Shown: positions 1 through 8,537, numbered from the stretch's first letter. The stretch is DNA of 32,000 nt from Candidatus Nanoarchaeia archaeon (GCA_028279745.1 JANQNC010000001.1:510001-542000), one strand, 5' to 3'. The notes: generated by a model not told the origin, from the sequence alone. Translations and numbers: made by a program.

Positions 1-2
1 GG

Positions 3-113
3 TGTTATATCTACATGCTGAAAAACGTGCTGACAATAATAAAAGACAAGAAAGCAGACTATGGTTTATTTGATGTTCCTTTAAAGGTCATAGAAAAGTT
101 CTTATGGCACTAA
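3..113 (+). CDS. 3' end of a gene entering from the left edge (hypothetical protein, partial)
   Basis: Frame 3 is open from the window edge for 36 codons (..LKNVLTIIKDKKADYGLFDVPLKVIEKFLWH) and ends at TAA 111-113. No recognisable motif. An open run this long is unusual in AT-rich DNA. Confidence 0.25.
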   Translation, partial: CYIYMLKNVLTIIKDKKADYGLFDVPLKVIEKFLWH

Positions 114-973
114 ATTTTAGAAGAACTTATCTTCTTCCATTCATCCTTAAGATTTTTGTTTTGCTTTAAGTCAAGATACGCACTTACCCATATGTACAAA
201 TCTAAAAAAAGATAGGGCCAAGCGTAAATGCTAGTGAATAAATATCTAAGATCTGAAACTGACCTCTGTCGCTTAATGTTCATTCCTGCTTTAGTCATCT
301 GCCACCAACCATATCTCACCCTTTTCTTCTCAACAATATAATCATTAAGCGTGTGAGCAGGATTGACTAGAACTTTTGCATCGGGCTCGTAGACTATGCT
401 GTATCCTTTATTCTTTATATTCCAACCCAGAAGAGCATCTTCAACAGTATTTGATTTATCAATACTAACAAAAGCTTTCTTTCTTACTGCAAACAAATAA
501 CCGTTAAGCGCAAACAAAGAACCTGCCTCTGATTCTTTTGATCTTCGTTCGTGCAAAACATCCCACCCAAACTTTTGAAGGTTAGCAAAGAAATTATCAC
601 ACAGATAAGGAACTGTTCTGCCCATAACCGCACCTATTGAGCTATCATTAAAATGAGGCAGAAGCTTTTTTATAGAGCCTTGTTTTATTATCAAATCAGC
701 ATCGGTGAAAACAACAAGCTCATTCCTCGCTTTTTTCATTATAACATTTTGAGCAGAACCTTTACCAGAACGGGCAGATTCTTCAATAAGTTTTATCCTC
801 TTATCTTTTCTTGCATACTTTTTTACAACATCCACAGTATAATCTGTGCATGCAGAAGCAACCACAATAAGCTCATCAGTCTTATTTAGTTCGGGCAAAA
901 TGCTACTTACTGCTCTCCCAATACTTTTTCCTTCATTATATGCACAGATCCCCACAGTAATGTTGTTAACCAT
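110..973 (-). CDS. Family 2 glycosyltransferase (GT-A fold)
   Basis: N-terminus ITVGICAYNEGKSIGRAV.., then ..ELVVFTDADL (DxD-type) and a GT2-like core. ATG at 973; the track start at 976 is TTG. TATA lies 24-31 nt upstream. Confidence 0.75.
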   Translation of the reverse strand: MVNNITVGICAYNEGKSIGRAVSSILPELNKTDELIVVASACTDYTVDVVKKYARKDKRIKLIEESARSGKGSAQNVIMKKARNELVVFTDADLIIKQGSIKKLLPHFNDSSIGAVMGRTVPYLCDNFFANLQKFGWDVLHERRSKESEAGSLFALNGYLFAVRKKAFVSIDKSNTVEDALLGWNIKNKGYSIVYEPDAKVLVNPAHTLNDYIVEKKRVRYGWWQMTKAGMNIKRQRSVSDLRYLFTSIYAWPYLFLDLYIWVSAYLDLKQNKNLKDEWKKISSSKI

Positions 974-996
974 CAAATAAAAAATGAAAAACAGAC

Positions 997-1004
997 TTTA
1001 AAAA
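997..1004 (-). promoter_or_regulatory. TATA box (TTTTTAAA on the minus strand) for the GT2 gene
   Basis: Centre is about 27 nt upstream of ATG 973, implying a leaderless transcript. Confidence 0.4.
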
Positions 1005-1036
1005 CATTTCTACTGAGAACGCAACAAAATCAAGCA

Positions 1037-1050
1037 AAACATTTATAAAT
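1037..1050 (+). promoter_or_regulatory. BRE/TATA promoter (AAACATTTATAAAT) for the AglH-like gene
   Basis: TTTATAAA at 1042-1049, about 24 nt before ATG 1069. The same AAACATTTATA core recurs at other gene starts in this window. Confidence 0.5.
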
Positions 1051-1068
1051 ACAGCAAGGGGAAAAATA

Positions 1069-2073
1069 ATGAAGATGATCTGGATAAATATTGTTGCAGC
1101 ATTCCTAATAGCTTGCGTTTCATCACTGTTCTTCTTTAAAGTAATCACACGAAAACTTAAATCAAAAAAAATATTCAGACTAGACACAAACAAGTATTCA
1201 AAAGAAAGAAAAGTACCTGCACTAGGAGGGATAGCAGCGTTCATGGGATTCATATTTACAATAACAGTGATGATGGGTGTTTTTGCAATATTTGATAAGA
1301 ATGTAATTGACACAAACATACTAATGTTTGGCTTATTGACAGTAACCTTACTTGCCCTACTTGGAATGGTAGATGACATCCTAGAGTTTACAAGAAAAAG
1401 AACGAAACCTCTGATGGCAATATTCGCAACAATACCTTTAGTTGCAGCAAACTACACCAAACAAACAATAGTCAATGTCCCGTTCATAGGAAATGTAGAA
1501 TTTGGAATACTATACGCATTAGTGATAATCCCAATAATCATCGTATTCTGTTCAAATGCAGTCAACATCTTAGCAGGATTAGATGGATTGGTTCCGGGGA
1601 TGGGCGCAATAGCAACATTAGGGTTACTGATAATATCATACATGAAGTTTAACACAACTGCAGTATTATTTCTGACTACTCTACTTGCAGTGCAGATGAC
1701 TTTATACAAGTATAACCGTTACCCTTCCAGGATACTTCCCGGCAACATAGGAACCTTATTTATTGGGGGTGCAATAGCCGTAGGAGCAATAATAGGAAAC
1801 ATAGAACGGGCATTGGTAATAGTTATGGTACCCTATGGTCTTCACTTCTTGTTATACATACGAACCTGGTTTAAGTTTACACCAAAAGCGATGGGCGATT
1901 ACACAACAAAAAAAGGGGTGCTGAAAACAAGAGCAAAAAAGTCATATGGGTTGACAATCTTCTTGATGAAACACTTCAAAAACATGACTGAAAAAAGTAT
2001 TGTTTATTATTTGATAGGTGTTGAAACCTTATTTTCAATACTTGCCATTGCAAGCTACCTAATATTTCCATAA
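1069..2073 (+). CDS. Polyprenyl-phosphate HexNAc-1-phosphate transferase (MraY/WecA/AglH family)
   Basis: Multi-pass membrane protein with family motifs LGMVDDILEF and NAVNILAGLDGL. Confidence 0.75.
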   Translation: MKMIWINIVAAFLIACVSSLFFFKVITRKLKSKKIFRLDTNKYSKERKVPALGGIAAFMGFIFTITVMMGVFAIFDKNVIDTNILMFGLLTVTLLALLGMVDDILEFTRKRTKPLMAIFATIPLVAANYTKQTIVNVPFIGNVEFGILYALVIIPIIIVFCSNAVNILAGLDGLVPGMGAIATLGLLIISYMKFNTTAVLFLTTLLAVQMTLYKYNRYPSRILPGNIGTLFIGGAIAVGAIIGNIERALVIVMVPYGLHFLLYIRTWFKFTPKAMGDYTTKKGVLKTRAKKSYGLTIFLMKHFKNMTEKSIVYYLIGVETLFSILAIASYLIFP

Positions 2074-2085
2074 CATTTATAAAAT
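2072..2085 (+). promoter_or_regulatory. BRE/TATA promoter (AACATTTATAAAAT) for the archaeosortase-like gene
   Basis: TTTATAAA at 2077-2084, centred about 27 nt before ATG 2108. It starts immediately after the upstream stop codon (2071-2073). Confidence 0.45.
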
Positions 2086-2107
2086 AAAAAATACAGGATG
2101 AATAAAG

Positions 2108-3115
2108 ATGAGCAAAATAAAAGAGATGATAGCTGAACACAAAGGATTTGTGCAGTTAGCAGCAAAATCGGCAATTTATGTGCTGTTAATGTCTGTCTTT
2201 GTATTCTGGGGCCCAAAACTACTAAAGCAGTTCTTTTGGTCGAATGCAGAACACCCCTTAAAGGGCATAATAGGTGCTGCTTTATTTGAACTATCAAAAT
2301 ATGCACTGATTGCAGTAGCAATCTTTTTTGTAGCATACAGAGAAAAATTATTCAACATAAAAGGAGCTAAACTAATAAGAAAAGATATGATTGTTGGTGG
2401 AGCTCTTTTCCTAGTGTTTGAAGCATTATTCTTACTATCAAGATTCTTAACAAATTACAGAAACCTCAGCAGTTTTTCAGATCACTTGACATTACTATTC
2501 ATAATGAAGTACATAGGTTTACTAGGTGCAGCAATATCCCTAGCAGTAGCAATATACGGGTTTAAGTTTTTAATTGGATTCTTTAAGGACTTCTGGAAAC
2601 AGATAGTTGCAACATTTGTCATGACCGCAATAGTATACAACATGGTAATCTTCATAAGAGGTGCATGGATGTTCTTGTCAAAAATAGTCACAATCTCTGT
2701 AGCGTTCTTATTAGCACTAACCTTCCCAGAAGTAAGATACAGCCTAAAAAACCCAGCATATCCTTCGTTAGTTGTAGGAGACTTCGGAGTCTTAATCGGC
2801 AGCCCTTGCTCAGGAATAGATGGCATGAGCTTGTTCTCAATGTTATTCATCATGATAATCGTGTTTGACTGGAGCAGAATAAACAAACTAAAAGCATTCA
2901 TAATATTCCCTTTTGGAGTCATAGGTATGTACTGCGTGAACATACTAAGAGTGTACTCATTAATGATTGTTGGAAAAACAATCTCAAAAGAGTTTGCAAT
3001 AGGCGCATTCCATAGCAACATAGGATGGATACTTTTCATAACATACTTCTTATCCTTCCTGTACTTCGTGTATCCTTACCTTACCAAGTCTGGCAAACTA
3101 AAAGTTAAGAAATAA
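2108..3115 (+). CDS. Archaeosortase/exosortase-family integral membrane transpeptidase
   Basis: Polytopic membrane protein carrying the family's Cys/Arg/His signature in order: GSPCSGIDG (Cys codon 2807-2809), NILRVYS (Arg codon 2948-2950), FHSNIGW (His codon 3011-3013). Confidence 0.65.
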   Translation: MSKIKEMIAEHKGFVQLAAKSAIYVLLMSVFVFWGPKLLKQFFWSNAEHPLKGIIGAALFELSKYALIAVAIFFVAYREKLFNIKGAKLIRKDMIVGGALFLVFEALFLLSRFLTNYRNLSSFSDHLTLLFIMKYIGLLGAAISLAVAIYGFKFLIGFFKDFWKQIVATFVMTAIVYNMVIFIRGAWMFLSKIVTISVAFLLALTFPEVRYSLKNPAYPSLVVGDFGVLIGSPCSGIDGMSLFSMLFIMIIVFDWSRINKLKAFIIFPFGVIGMYCVNILRVYSLMIVGKTISKEFAIGAFHSNIGWILFITYFLSFLYFVYPYLTKSGKLKVKK

Positions 3116-4069
3116 TCATTCTATACTGTAATACTCTTTATACCAATCAATAAATTTCTTGATACCTTCTTCAACGTCATTTCCGGGATTGTACCCCAAT
3201 AAGCTTTTTGCTTTCTCAATATCAGCATGAGTTTCAAGAACGTCCCCTGGTTGCATATCCATCATATTCTTCTTTGCTTCTTTACCAAGATCTTTCTCAA
3301 TCAGCTCTATGAAATAATGTAATTCCACAGTTCTGTTGTTTCCCAGATTAATTACCTCATAAGGGAATGGCTTGTCAATAGCTGCGAGAACTCCAGAAGT
3401 AATATTATCAATGTAAGTAAAATCCCTTTTCATGTTGCCATGATTATAAACATCAATAGGTTGGTCTTCAGTAATCGCTTTTACGAACTTAAACAAAGCC
3501 ATATCCGGTCTGCCAAAAGGACCATATACTGTGAAAAACCTTAAACCTGTACAGTTCAAACCATAAAGATGATGATATGTGTAAGCCATCAGCTCATCAT
3601 ACTTCTTTGTTGCAGCATAAAGTGAGACAGGGTTGTCTACAACATCAGACTCCGAGAATGGAACTTTCTTATTGCCACCATACACGGAGCTGCTAGAAGC
3701 AAAAACAACATCCTTAACGTTAAAATGTCTTGCCATCTCTAAAATAACTAACGTTCCCCTACCATTATTAGACTCATAAGAGAGAGGGTGATCGATAGAA
3801 TATCTTACGCCTGCCTGTGCTGCCAAATGACAGATCTTATCAATCTGATTCTCTTTGAATATATTTTCCATCTCTTTAAAGTCAGAAATATCTTGTCTGT
3901 AAAGTTTAAAGTTTGAATCACCTAGTGCTTTTATCCTGTCTTCCTTAAGTTGAGGGTCATAATAATCATTAAAATCATCTACAATAATAACATGATCTCC
4001 TCTGTCGAGCAAAGCTTTAGCAACATGAAACCCTATAAAGCCAGCTCCGCCAGTAACAAGAATATTCAT
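3116..4069 (-). CDS. NAD-dependent epimerase/dehydratase, UDP-glucuronate 4-epimerase-like
   Basis: ILVTGGAGFIGFHV Rossmann motif, YAATK (YxxxK), and DDFNDYYDPQLKEDR typical of UDP-GlcA 4-epimerases. Start moved to the ATG (MNILVTGG) 4 nt after the ugd stop. Confidence 0.75.
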   Translation of the reverse strand: MNILVTGGAGFIGFHVAKALLDRGDHVIIVDDFNDYYDPQLKEDRIKALGDSNFKLYRQDISDFKEMENIFKENQIDKICHLAAQAGVRYSIDHPLSYESNNGRGTLVILEMARHFNVKDVVFASSSSVYGGNKKVPFSESDVVDNPVSLYAATKKYDELMAYTYHHLYGLNCTGLRFFTVYGPFGRPDMALFKFVKAITEDQPIDVYNHGNMKRDFTYIDNITSGVLAAIDKPFPYEVINLGNNRTVELHYFIELIEKDLGKEAKKNMMDMQPGDVLETHADIEKAKSLLGYNPGNDVEEGIKKFIDWYKEYYSIE

Positions 4070-4073
4070 CGTT

Positions 4074-5345
4074 TTACCAACACAAACCTTCATAATCCAT
4101 GTCGCATCTGTCCTTCACGATATCTCTACAGTCAATAACAACCTTGCCTTTGTATAGATTGTCATCTCTGAACTCGTCCCAATGAGTTACAATGATAACC
4201 ATATCTGCATTTTCAACTGCTTCTCTAGCAGAGTTAGTGTAAGTGATGTCTGGGAAAACACTTCTCATATTGTCCATAGCTTGAGGATCATAAGCAAAAA
4301 TCTGCTTTCCTTCCTTCAAGAACTCTTCTATAATTGGTTTAGCAGGGGTGTATCTGATGTCATCAGTTCCTGGCTTGAATGCTAATCCAAGAATAGCAAT
4401 CCTGTCTCTCAATCCCTTGAACTTAGCCAAATCTACGACCCTGTAAGGCTGGTCGTGGTTAACTTCGAGAACCATCTTCAGAAGTTTAGCGTTAAAATCA
4501 ACTTCACCTGCTTTGTGTATAAGTGCAGAAACATCTTTTGGGAAACAGCTTCCTCCAAAACCCGGACCTGCATTTAGGAAATAAGGACCAAGCCTATGAT
4601 CGAGGCCAACACCTTTCATAACTTCATAAACATCAATACCTAACCTTTTACAGATGTCTCCAACTTCGTTAGCGAAGCTTATCTTAGTTGCTAAAAGAGA
4701 GTTTGAGGTGTACTTAACCATCTCAGCAGCTCTCAGCGAAGACATCCTCACAATCTCAGTTTCGTAAGGTTGATAGATTTCAGCAATAACATTTCCTGCA
4801 TGATCATCTGACTGCCCAATAACAACTCTGTCAGGCTTCATGAAATCTTCAATAGCTAACCCTTCTTTCAAAAATTCAGGATTCATACAAATTCCGAAAC
4901 CTTCACCGCATTTTTTACCTGACAACTCTTCAAGTCTTGGAATAAACCTTTCAGTTGTTCCCGGGGCAACTGTTGACTTAGTAACAACAACATGATAACC
5001 TTCTCTCTCTTTTAATGCAGGACCAATACCTTCAATAACTGAATTAACAAAATCTAAGTTTATGCTCCCATCTTCTCTGCAAGGAGTGCCTACAGCTATA
5101 AAAGTAGCATCAGATTCTTTAACCGCATTATGTAAATCTGTTGTAGCTCTAAGATTTCCAGAATCAATAGCTTCATTCAGATACTCTTGTAAACTTTCTT
5201 CGTAAATAGGTGGAATCTTACCATTAACTTTGTCAACCTTTTCTTGATTATTATCAACACAAACAACTTTGTGGCCCACTTTAGCAAAACAAACTGCCGC
5301 AATCAAACCAACATAACCTGTTCCAATAACACATATATTTGTCAT
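4074..5345 (-). CDS. ugd: UDP-glucose 6-dehydrogenase
   Basis: ICVIGTGYVGL NAD-binding motif, catalytic GGSCFPKD, and PIYEESL. Length is typical of the UDP-glucose/GDP-mannose dehydrogenase family. Confidence 0.85.
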   Translation of the reverse strand: MTNICVIGTGYVGLIAAVCFAKVGHKVVCVDNNQEKVDKVNGKIPPIYEESLQEYLNEAIDSGNLRATTDLHNAVKESDATFIAVGTPCREDGSINLDFVNSVIEGIGPALKEREGYHVVVTKSTVAPGTTERFIPRLEELSGKKCGEGFGICMNPEFLKEGLAIEDFMKPDRVVIGQSDDHAGNVIAEIYQPYETEIVRMSSLRAAEMVKYTSNSLLATKISFANEVGDICKRLGIDVYEVMKGVGLDHRLGPYFLNAGPGFGGSCFPKDVSALIHKAGEVDFNAKLLKMVLEVNHDQPYRVVDLAKFKGLRDRIAILGLAFKPGTDDIRYTPAKPIIEEFLKEGKQIFAYDPQAMDNMRSVFPDITYTNSAREAVENADMVIIVTHWDEFRDDNLYKGKVVIDCRDIVKDRCDMDYEGLCW

Positions 5346-5407
5346 CTTAAATACCTCTTTGTTTTATTAGTGTTTTTTAGGTTACTTCTTTTATAAACGT
5401 TTCGGAA

Positions 5408-6091
5408 TCATCTAAACAAGGAAGTAAACCAAGAACTCTTCTTTTTTGGAACTCTTTTGTATCTAAGGAACGAAGCTATCTCCTTTTCTAACTGTTCAAA
5501 ATTTTTAAATTTCTTTTCATCTTCTCTGAACTTCGAAGTGTGATGCCTGCTTCTGTTCGATTTTGTCTCAAACTTGTGCTTTTTATGAAGAAGTTCATGA
5601 TACATAACATAATCTAGCAAATGTTCTGGTGCTTCCTTGAAAAAAGAGCTGATAGTGATAAGATCTCTAGCATACTCATAGCTCCCTAATGTGGACTTCG
5701 CAAACTTACCCCAAATAAGGTTTGGAATCTCAATGTTGTTAAAAAAATATTCTTCATTAACTCTATCAAAAGATGCTTCAAGAACTGGGTCCGATTCAGT
5801 CTTCGGGATAGAAATGTGTAAGTGTTTCGTAAAGTTGTCATACAAGTCCATCTGTATTGTTCTAACATTAGTCTTGTAAACCTTTGCCAATAGACTTTGG
5901 ATCAAACCAATCTTTATTTCCTCGCTGACTGATCTCCATTTTTTACTGAGTCCAAACTCCAAAGTGTTTGAGAACTTGTTTAGTGAAACATTGGCATTGT
6001 ATGCTTTGAAGTGATTTGTGTATCTTACTTTAATCTCTGGCAGTTGTCTATTGGGGAATAAGCTAGCGAATGCAGTTTCTATGAATTTCAT
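5408..6091 (-). CDS. DUF45/SprT-like (YgjP-type) zinc metallopeptidase
   Basis: C-terminal LDYVMYHELLHKKH (HExxH) followed by HHTSKF, resembling the idyVvvHEL.H...nHs..F pattern of the family. Confidence 0.5.
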   Translation of the reverse strand: MKFIETAFASLFPNRQLPEIKVRYTNHFKAYNANVSLNKFSNTLEFGLSKKWRSVSEEIKIGLIQSLLAKVYKTNVRTIQMDLYDNFTKHLHISIPKTESDPVLEASFDRVNEEYFFNNIEIPNLIWGKFAKSTLGSYEYARDLITISSFFKEAPEHLLDYVMYHELLHKKHKFETKSNRSRHHTSKFREDEKKFKNFEQLEKEIASFLRYKRVPKKKSSWFTSLFR

Positions 6092-6185
6092 AACTGTAAA
6101 GTTAACTAACCAGTATAAAAAATTTGTTCTGCCTATTTAAACACAAATGGCCCCTATTCGGCGCATATTAAAACTTTTTATAGAA

Positions 6186-7289
6186 TTAGTTATCAATACT
6201 AAATCTTAAAATAGCTGCAATCTTGCCCATCTCTTTAAGTTGTACACCTTCTCTTGAATCTGTGGAAATTATTTTTACTTCAGTTCCTACTTTTTCAGCT
6301 TCTTCCTCAAATTTTTCAATAACAGCTGGATCAAGATTTTCTGAGAGAAGAAGGGTTTCTACTGCACCCATCTTTAGAGCTTCTTCAGTCTGTAAAGCAC
6401 CATAACTTACCATGCCTGGCTTAGTTGAAAGTAAGTTAAAGAAACGTTGCATAATCGCTTTTTCTTCTGCAAGTTCTTCAGCAGCTAAAACGTCTTGGGA
6501 CCTATCAACCAATTCCTGAACTCCAAACTCGCCAGTGTAACTTAAATCTTTTTGTGCAATAATCTTCTTCTTTAAATCTCCAGTAACATAATCCTTTTGC
6601 ATGAAATTGTTTACAGTAATGCTTGGACCACCTATGAGAATTCCTTTAAGCCCTTCTAATCCCAAAAATAGTTCAGTCATGTAGTCAGCAATTTTTTTGT
6701 AATGTTCTTTTGCTGCGCCCTCCCTTAATCTTGCGAACCTTGGTGCTGATTGACCTCCTGCTCGCATCTTACCCGGAACTTCAGAGTGAGTTTTTCTTAA
6801 GTGAATAATCGCTTTTCCTTTTAGTACCGCAAAATTAGCATCTCTATTATCAAGAACAACCAAACCATAAACTTCTTTTGTTTCAACCATCCCCTCAAGA
6901 GGTTCAGTTATGAACAATTTATCACACCTGTAAATCCTAACATTTAGAGGAACAGGCGGCTCTAAAGAATAAACTTGCAGATCGCTTTTACCTTCCTGTT
7001 CAGAAACATTTCCACTAAACGCAGCTAACCCATTAGGAGGGGTTTGCTTGAATAACCTTAAATGCTGGATCATCCTTTCCAAAGCATCAATAACATTCTT
7101 TCTAGTTGCACTAGACTTAATATTGGTAGCAGTTCCTTGTTCTTGCTGAAGCTGATTAACTACTTTATTAATATCATAACCTGCAGGGATGTACACAGTA
7201 ACCAATTCAGTGTGCCTACCCCTATGCTTAGAGATATCCTTAATGAACTTCTTCAAATCAAACTTTTCTTTTGATGTTATGTCTGCCAT
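6186..7289 (-). CDS. prf1: Peptide chain release factor aRF1
   Basis: GTATNIKS (NIKS stop-codon recognition motif) and GGQSAPRF (GGQ peptidyl-tRNA hydrolysis motif). Confidence 0.9.
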   Translation of the reverse strand: MADITSKEKFDLKKFIKDISKHRGRHTELVTVYIPAGYDINKVVNQLQQEQGTATNIKSSATRKNVIDALERMIQHLRLFKQTPPNGLAAFSGNVSEQEGKSDLQVYSLEPPVPLNVRIYRCDKLFITEPLEGMVETKEVYGLVVLDNRDANFAVLKGKAIIHLRKTHSEVPGKMRAGGQSAPRFARLREGAAKEHYKKIADYMTELFLGLEGLKGILIGGPSITVNNFMQKDYVTGDLKKKIIAQKDLSYTGEFGVQELVDRSQDVLAAEELAEEKAIMQRFFNLLSTKPGMVSYGALQTEEALKMGAVETLLLSENLDPAVIEKFEEEAEKVGTEVKIISTDSREGVQLKEMGKIAAILRFSIDN

Positions 7290-7311
7290 ACAACTCAGTT
7301 AAAAAGAGGTG

Positions 7312-7319
7312 TTTAATAA
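7312..7319 (-). promoter_or_regulatory. TATA-like box (TTATTAAA on the minus strand) for aRF1
   Basis: Centre is about 26 nt upstream of ATG 7289. A similar CTTTATTAA box sits at the same distance from the aIF5B start. Confidence 0.4.
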
Positions 7320-7443
7320 GGTTGTGGTAAGCTGTTACCCTCACAGGCATGTAAGGTAAGTGAAGTTCACTAGAAAAATGGCTAGAAATCAAGAAAAACA
7401 GCTAAATAAGCCTTGTATTGCTAAAATACAAATAGAGAAAGCT

Positions 7444-7451
7444 TTATAAAA
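7444..7451 (+). promoter_or_regulatory. TATA box (AAGCTTTATAAAAAG context) for tRNA-Pro
   Basis: Centre is about 29 nt upstream of tRNA nucleotide 1 (7477). Confidence 0.5.
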
Positions 7452-7476
7452 AGGCTCCTAATTCTCACTATAAAAA

Positions 7477-7591
7477 GGGGCTGTGGGGTAGCTTGGTTTA
7501 GCCTTTCTGGTTTGGGGCCAGATGACCCCGGTTCGAAACAGAATCGATCCGCTAAAAATGGGATTGACTGGCGAAAGTCCGGGCAGCCCCA
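7477..7591 (+). tRNA. tRNA-Pro (anticodon UGG) with a 40-nt intron in the T-loop; CCA not encoded
   Basis: Hand fold: acceptor GGGGCUG/CAGCCCC plus discriminator A; D-arm GGGU/GCCU with a GG loop; anticodon stem UCUGG/CCAGA with loop UUUGGGG (UGG at 7513-7515, G37); T-stem CCCGG (7527-7531)/CCGGG (7579-7583), separated by 47 nt instead of 7. Confidence 0.8.
7538..7577 (+). other. Predicted tRNA intron at non-canonical position 59/60
   Basis: 4-bp helix UUCG(7532-7535):CGAA(7572-7575) is flanked by 3-nt bulges AAA (7536-7538) and AGU (7576-7578) on opposite strands. Removing 7538-7577 restores the T-loop UUCGAAU. The intron interior forms the hairpin CGAUCC/GGAUUG. Confidence 0.6.
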
Positions 7592-7614
7592 GTTCAAATT
7601 AATGGAGAGCTAAA

Positions 7615-7821
7615 ATGGTAAAACGAGGAAAAGGATCCGTAAAACGATTTGGAGCAAGATATGGGAAAACCATACGAACAAGAATATCAGACGTAGAGAC
7701 AAAACCGAAAGGAAAATGCCCTTACTGCAGATCAGAAAAAGTAAAACGAAAAGCAGCAGGGATCTGGACATGTGGAAAGTGTGAATCAACATTCACCGGA
7801 AAAGCATACCAAGTGAGGTAA
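7615..7821 (+). CDS. rpl37ae: 50S ribosomal protein L37Ae (eL43)
   Basis: RFGARYGKTIR.. and the zinc ribbon CPYC..(x14)..CGKC. Length and sequence are typical of the family. Confidence 0.9.
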   Translation: MVKRGKGSVKRFGARYGKTIRTRISDVETKPKGKCPYCRSEKVKRKAAGIWTCGKCESTFTGKAYQVR

Positions 7822-7828
7822 TTACAAA

Positions 7829-7966
7829 ATGGCCGTATACAAATGTTTTGATTGCAAAAAAGAAGTGAGCCCAGACTTGCTAAGAAAAAAAGTAAGATGT
7901 CCTTACTGTGGTGGAAAGATACTATTCAAACCAAGAACACAAGTCACAAAAATAAAAGCAAGATAA
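7829..7966 (+). CDS. rpoP: DNA-directed RNA polymerase subunit P (Rpo12)
   Basis: 45-aa ORF, below the track's length cutoff: MAVYKCFDCKKEVSPDLLRKKVRCPYCGGKILFKPRTQVTKIKAR. It has the CxxC..CxxC zinc ribbon and the conserved position after L37Ae in archaea. Confidence 0.7.
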   Translation: MAVYKCFDCKKEVSPDLLRKKVRCPYCGGKILFKPRTQVTKIKAR

Positions 7967-7978
7967 GCTGTCAGTAAG

Positions 7979-8191
7979 ATGAAATACACGGCAGAAATCA
8001 CAATTGACGAAGATCTATACGATATACTAAAACCAGAGATACAGAGCAGAAACAGAACCACAGAAAAAATAACAAAAGACAGCAAGAAAACAAAAATTAC
8101 AATCATATCTGAGGATTCGACTGCACTAAGAGCAAGCCTGAATTCAATAACCAAATTATGCACAGCATATGAAAAAATGAAGGATTTATGA
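7979..8191 (+). CDS. pcc1: KEOPS complex subunit Pcc1
   Basis: SEDSTALRASLNSITK matches the Pcc1 D(S/A)xALRxxxNS motif. Size and the conserved L37Ae-RpoP-Pcc1-prefoldin context also fit. Confidence 0.6.
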   Translation: MKYTAEITIDEDLYDILKPEIQSRNRTTEKITKDSKKTKITIISEDSTALRASLNSITKLCTAYEKMKDL

Positions 8192-8526
8192 AAATGGAAG
8201 ACGACACACAACAAAAAATACAACAACTGCAACTAGCAGAACAAAGCGTACAAACGCTACTAATGCAAAAGAAACAATTCCAAACACAACTATTGGAAAT
8301 TGACAATGCACTAAAAGAACTTGAAAATTCTAAAACAGCTTACAAAATAGTCGGAAGCATAATGGTAGAAAGTAAAAAAGAAGAGCTGACAAAAGACTTG
8401 CAAGCAAAAAAGGAGACAACCGAGCTAAGAATCAAAACACTAGAGAAACAAGAAAGCACAATCAAAGAAAAAACAAGCAAAATACAAAAAGAAGTAATGG
8501 ACACGCTAAAAAAAGAAAAGAAGTGA
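8188..8526 (+). CDS. pfdB: Prefoldin beta subunit
   Basis: Coiled coil, beta hairpin (AYKIVGSIMVE), coiled coil layout in about 110 aa. The ATGA start/stop overlap with pcc1 indicates translational coupling. Confidence 0.75.
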   Translation: MKMEDDTQQKIQQLQLAEQSVQTLLMQKKQFQTQLLEIDNALKELENSKTAYKIVGSIMVESKKEELTKDLQAKKETTELRIKTLEKQESTIKEKTSKIQKEVMDTLKKEKK

Positions 8527-8537
8527 AACCGTGGAAA

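Noticed and set aside
966-3039. Antisense ORFs 966-1379 and 2482-3039 opposite the AglH-like and archaeosortase-like genes
   Set aside because: The plus-strand products carry specific family motifs (VDDILEF/NILAGLDGL; CSG/R/H). The antisense frames show no motifs and no start context.
7379-7450. 23-codon ORF (MARNQEKQLNKPCIAKIQIEKAL) and a GGTAA-GCTG-TTACC hairpin (about 7327-7340) between aRF1 and the tRNA
   Set aside because: The ORF has no promoter or SD, and it runs into the tRNA promoter. A 5-bp hairpin is expected by chance.
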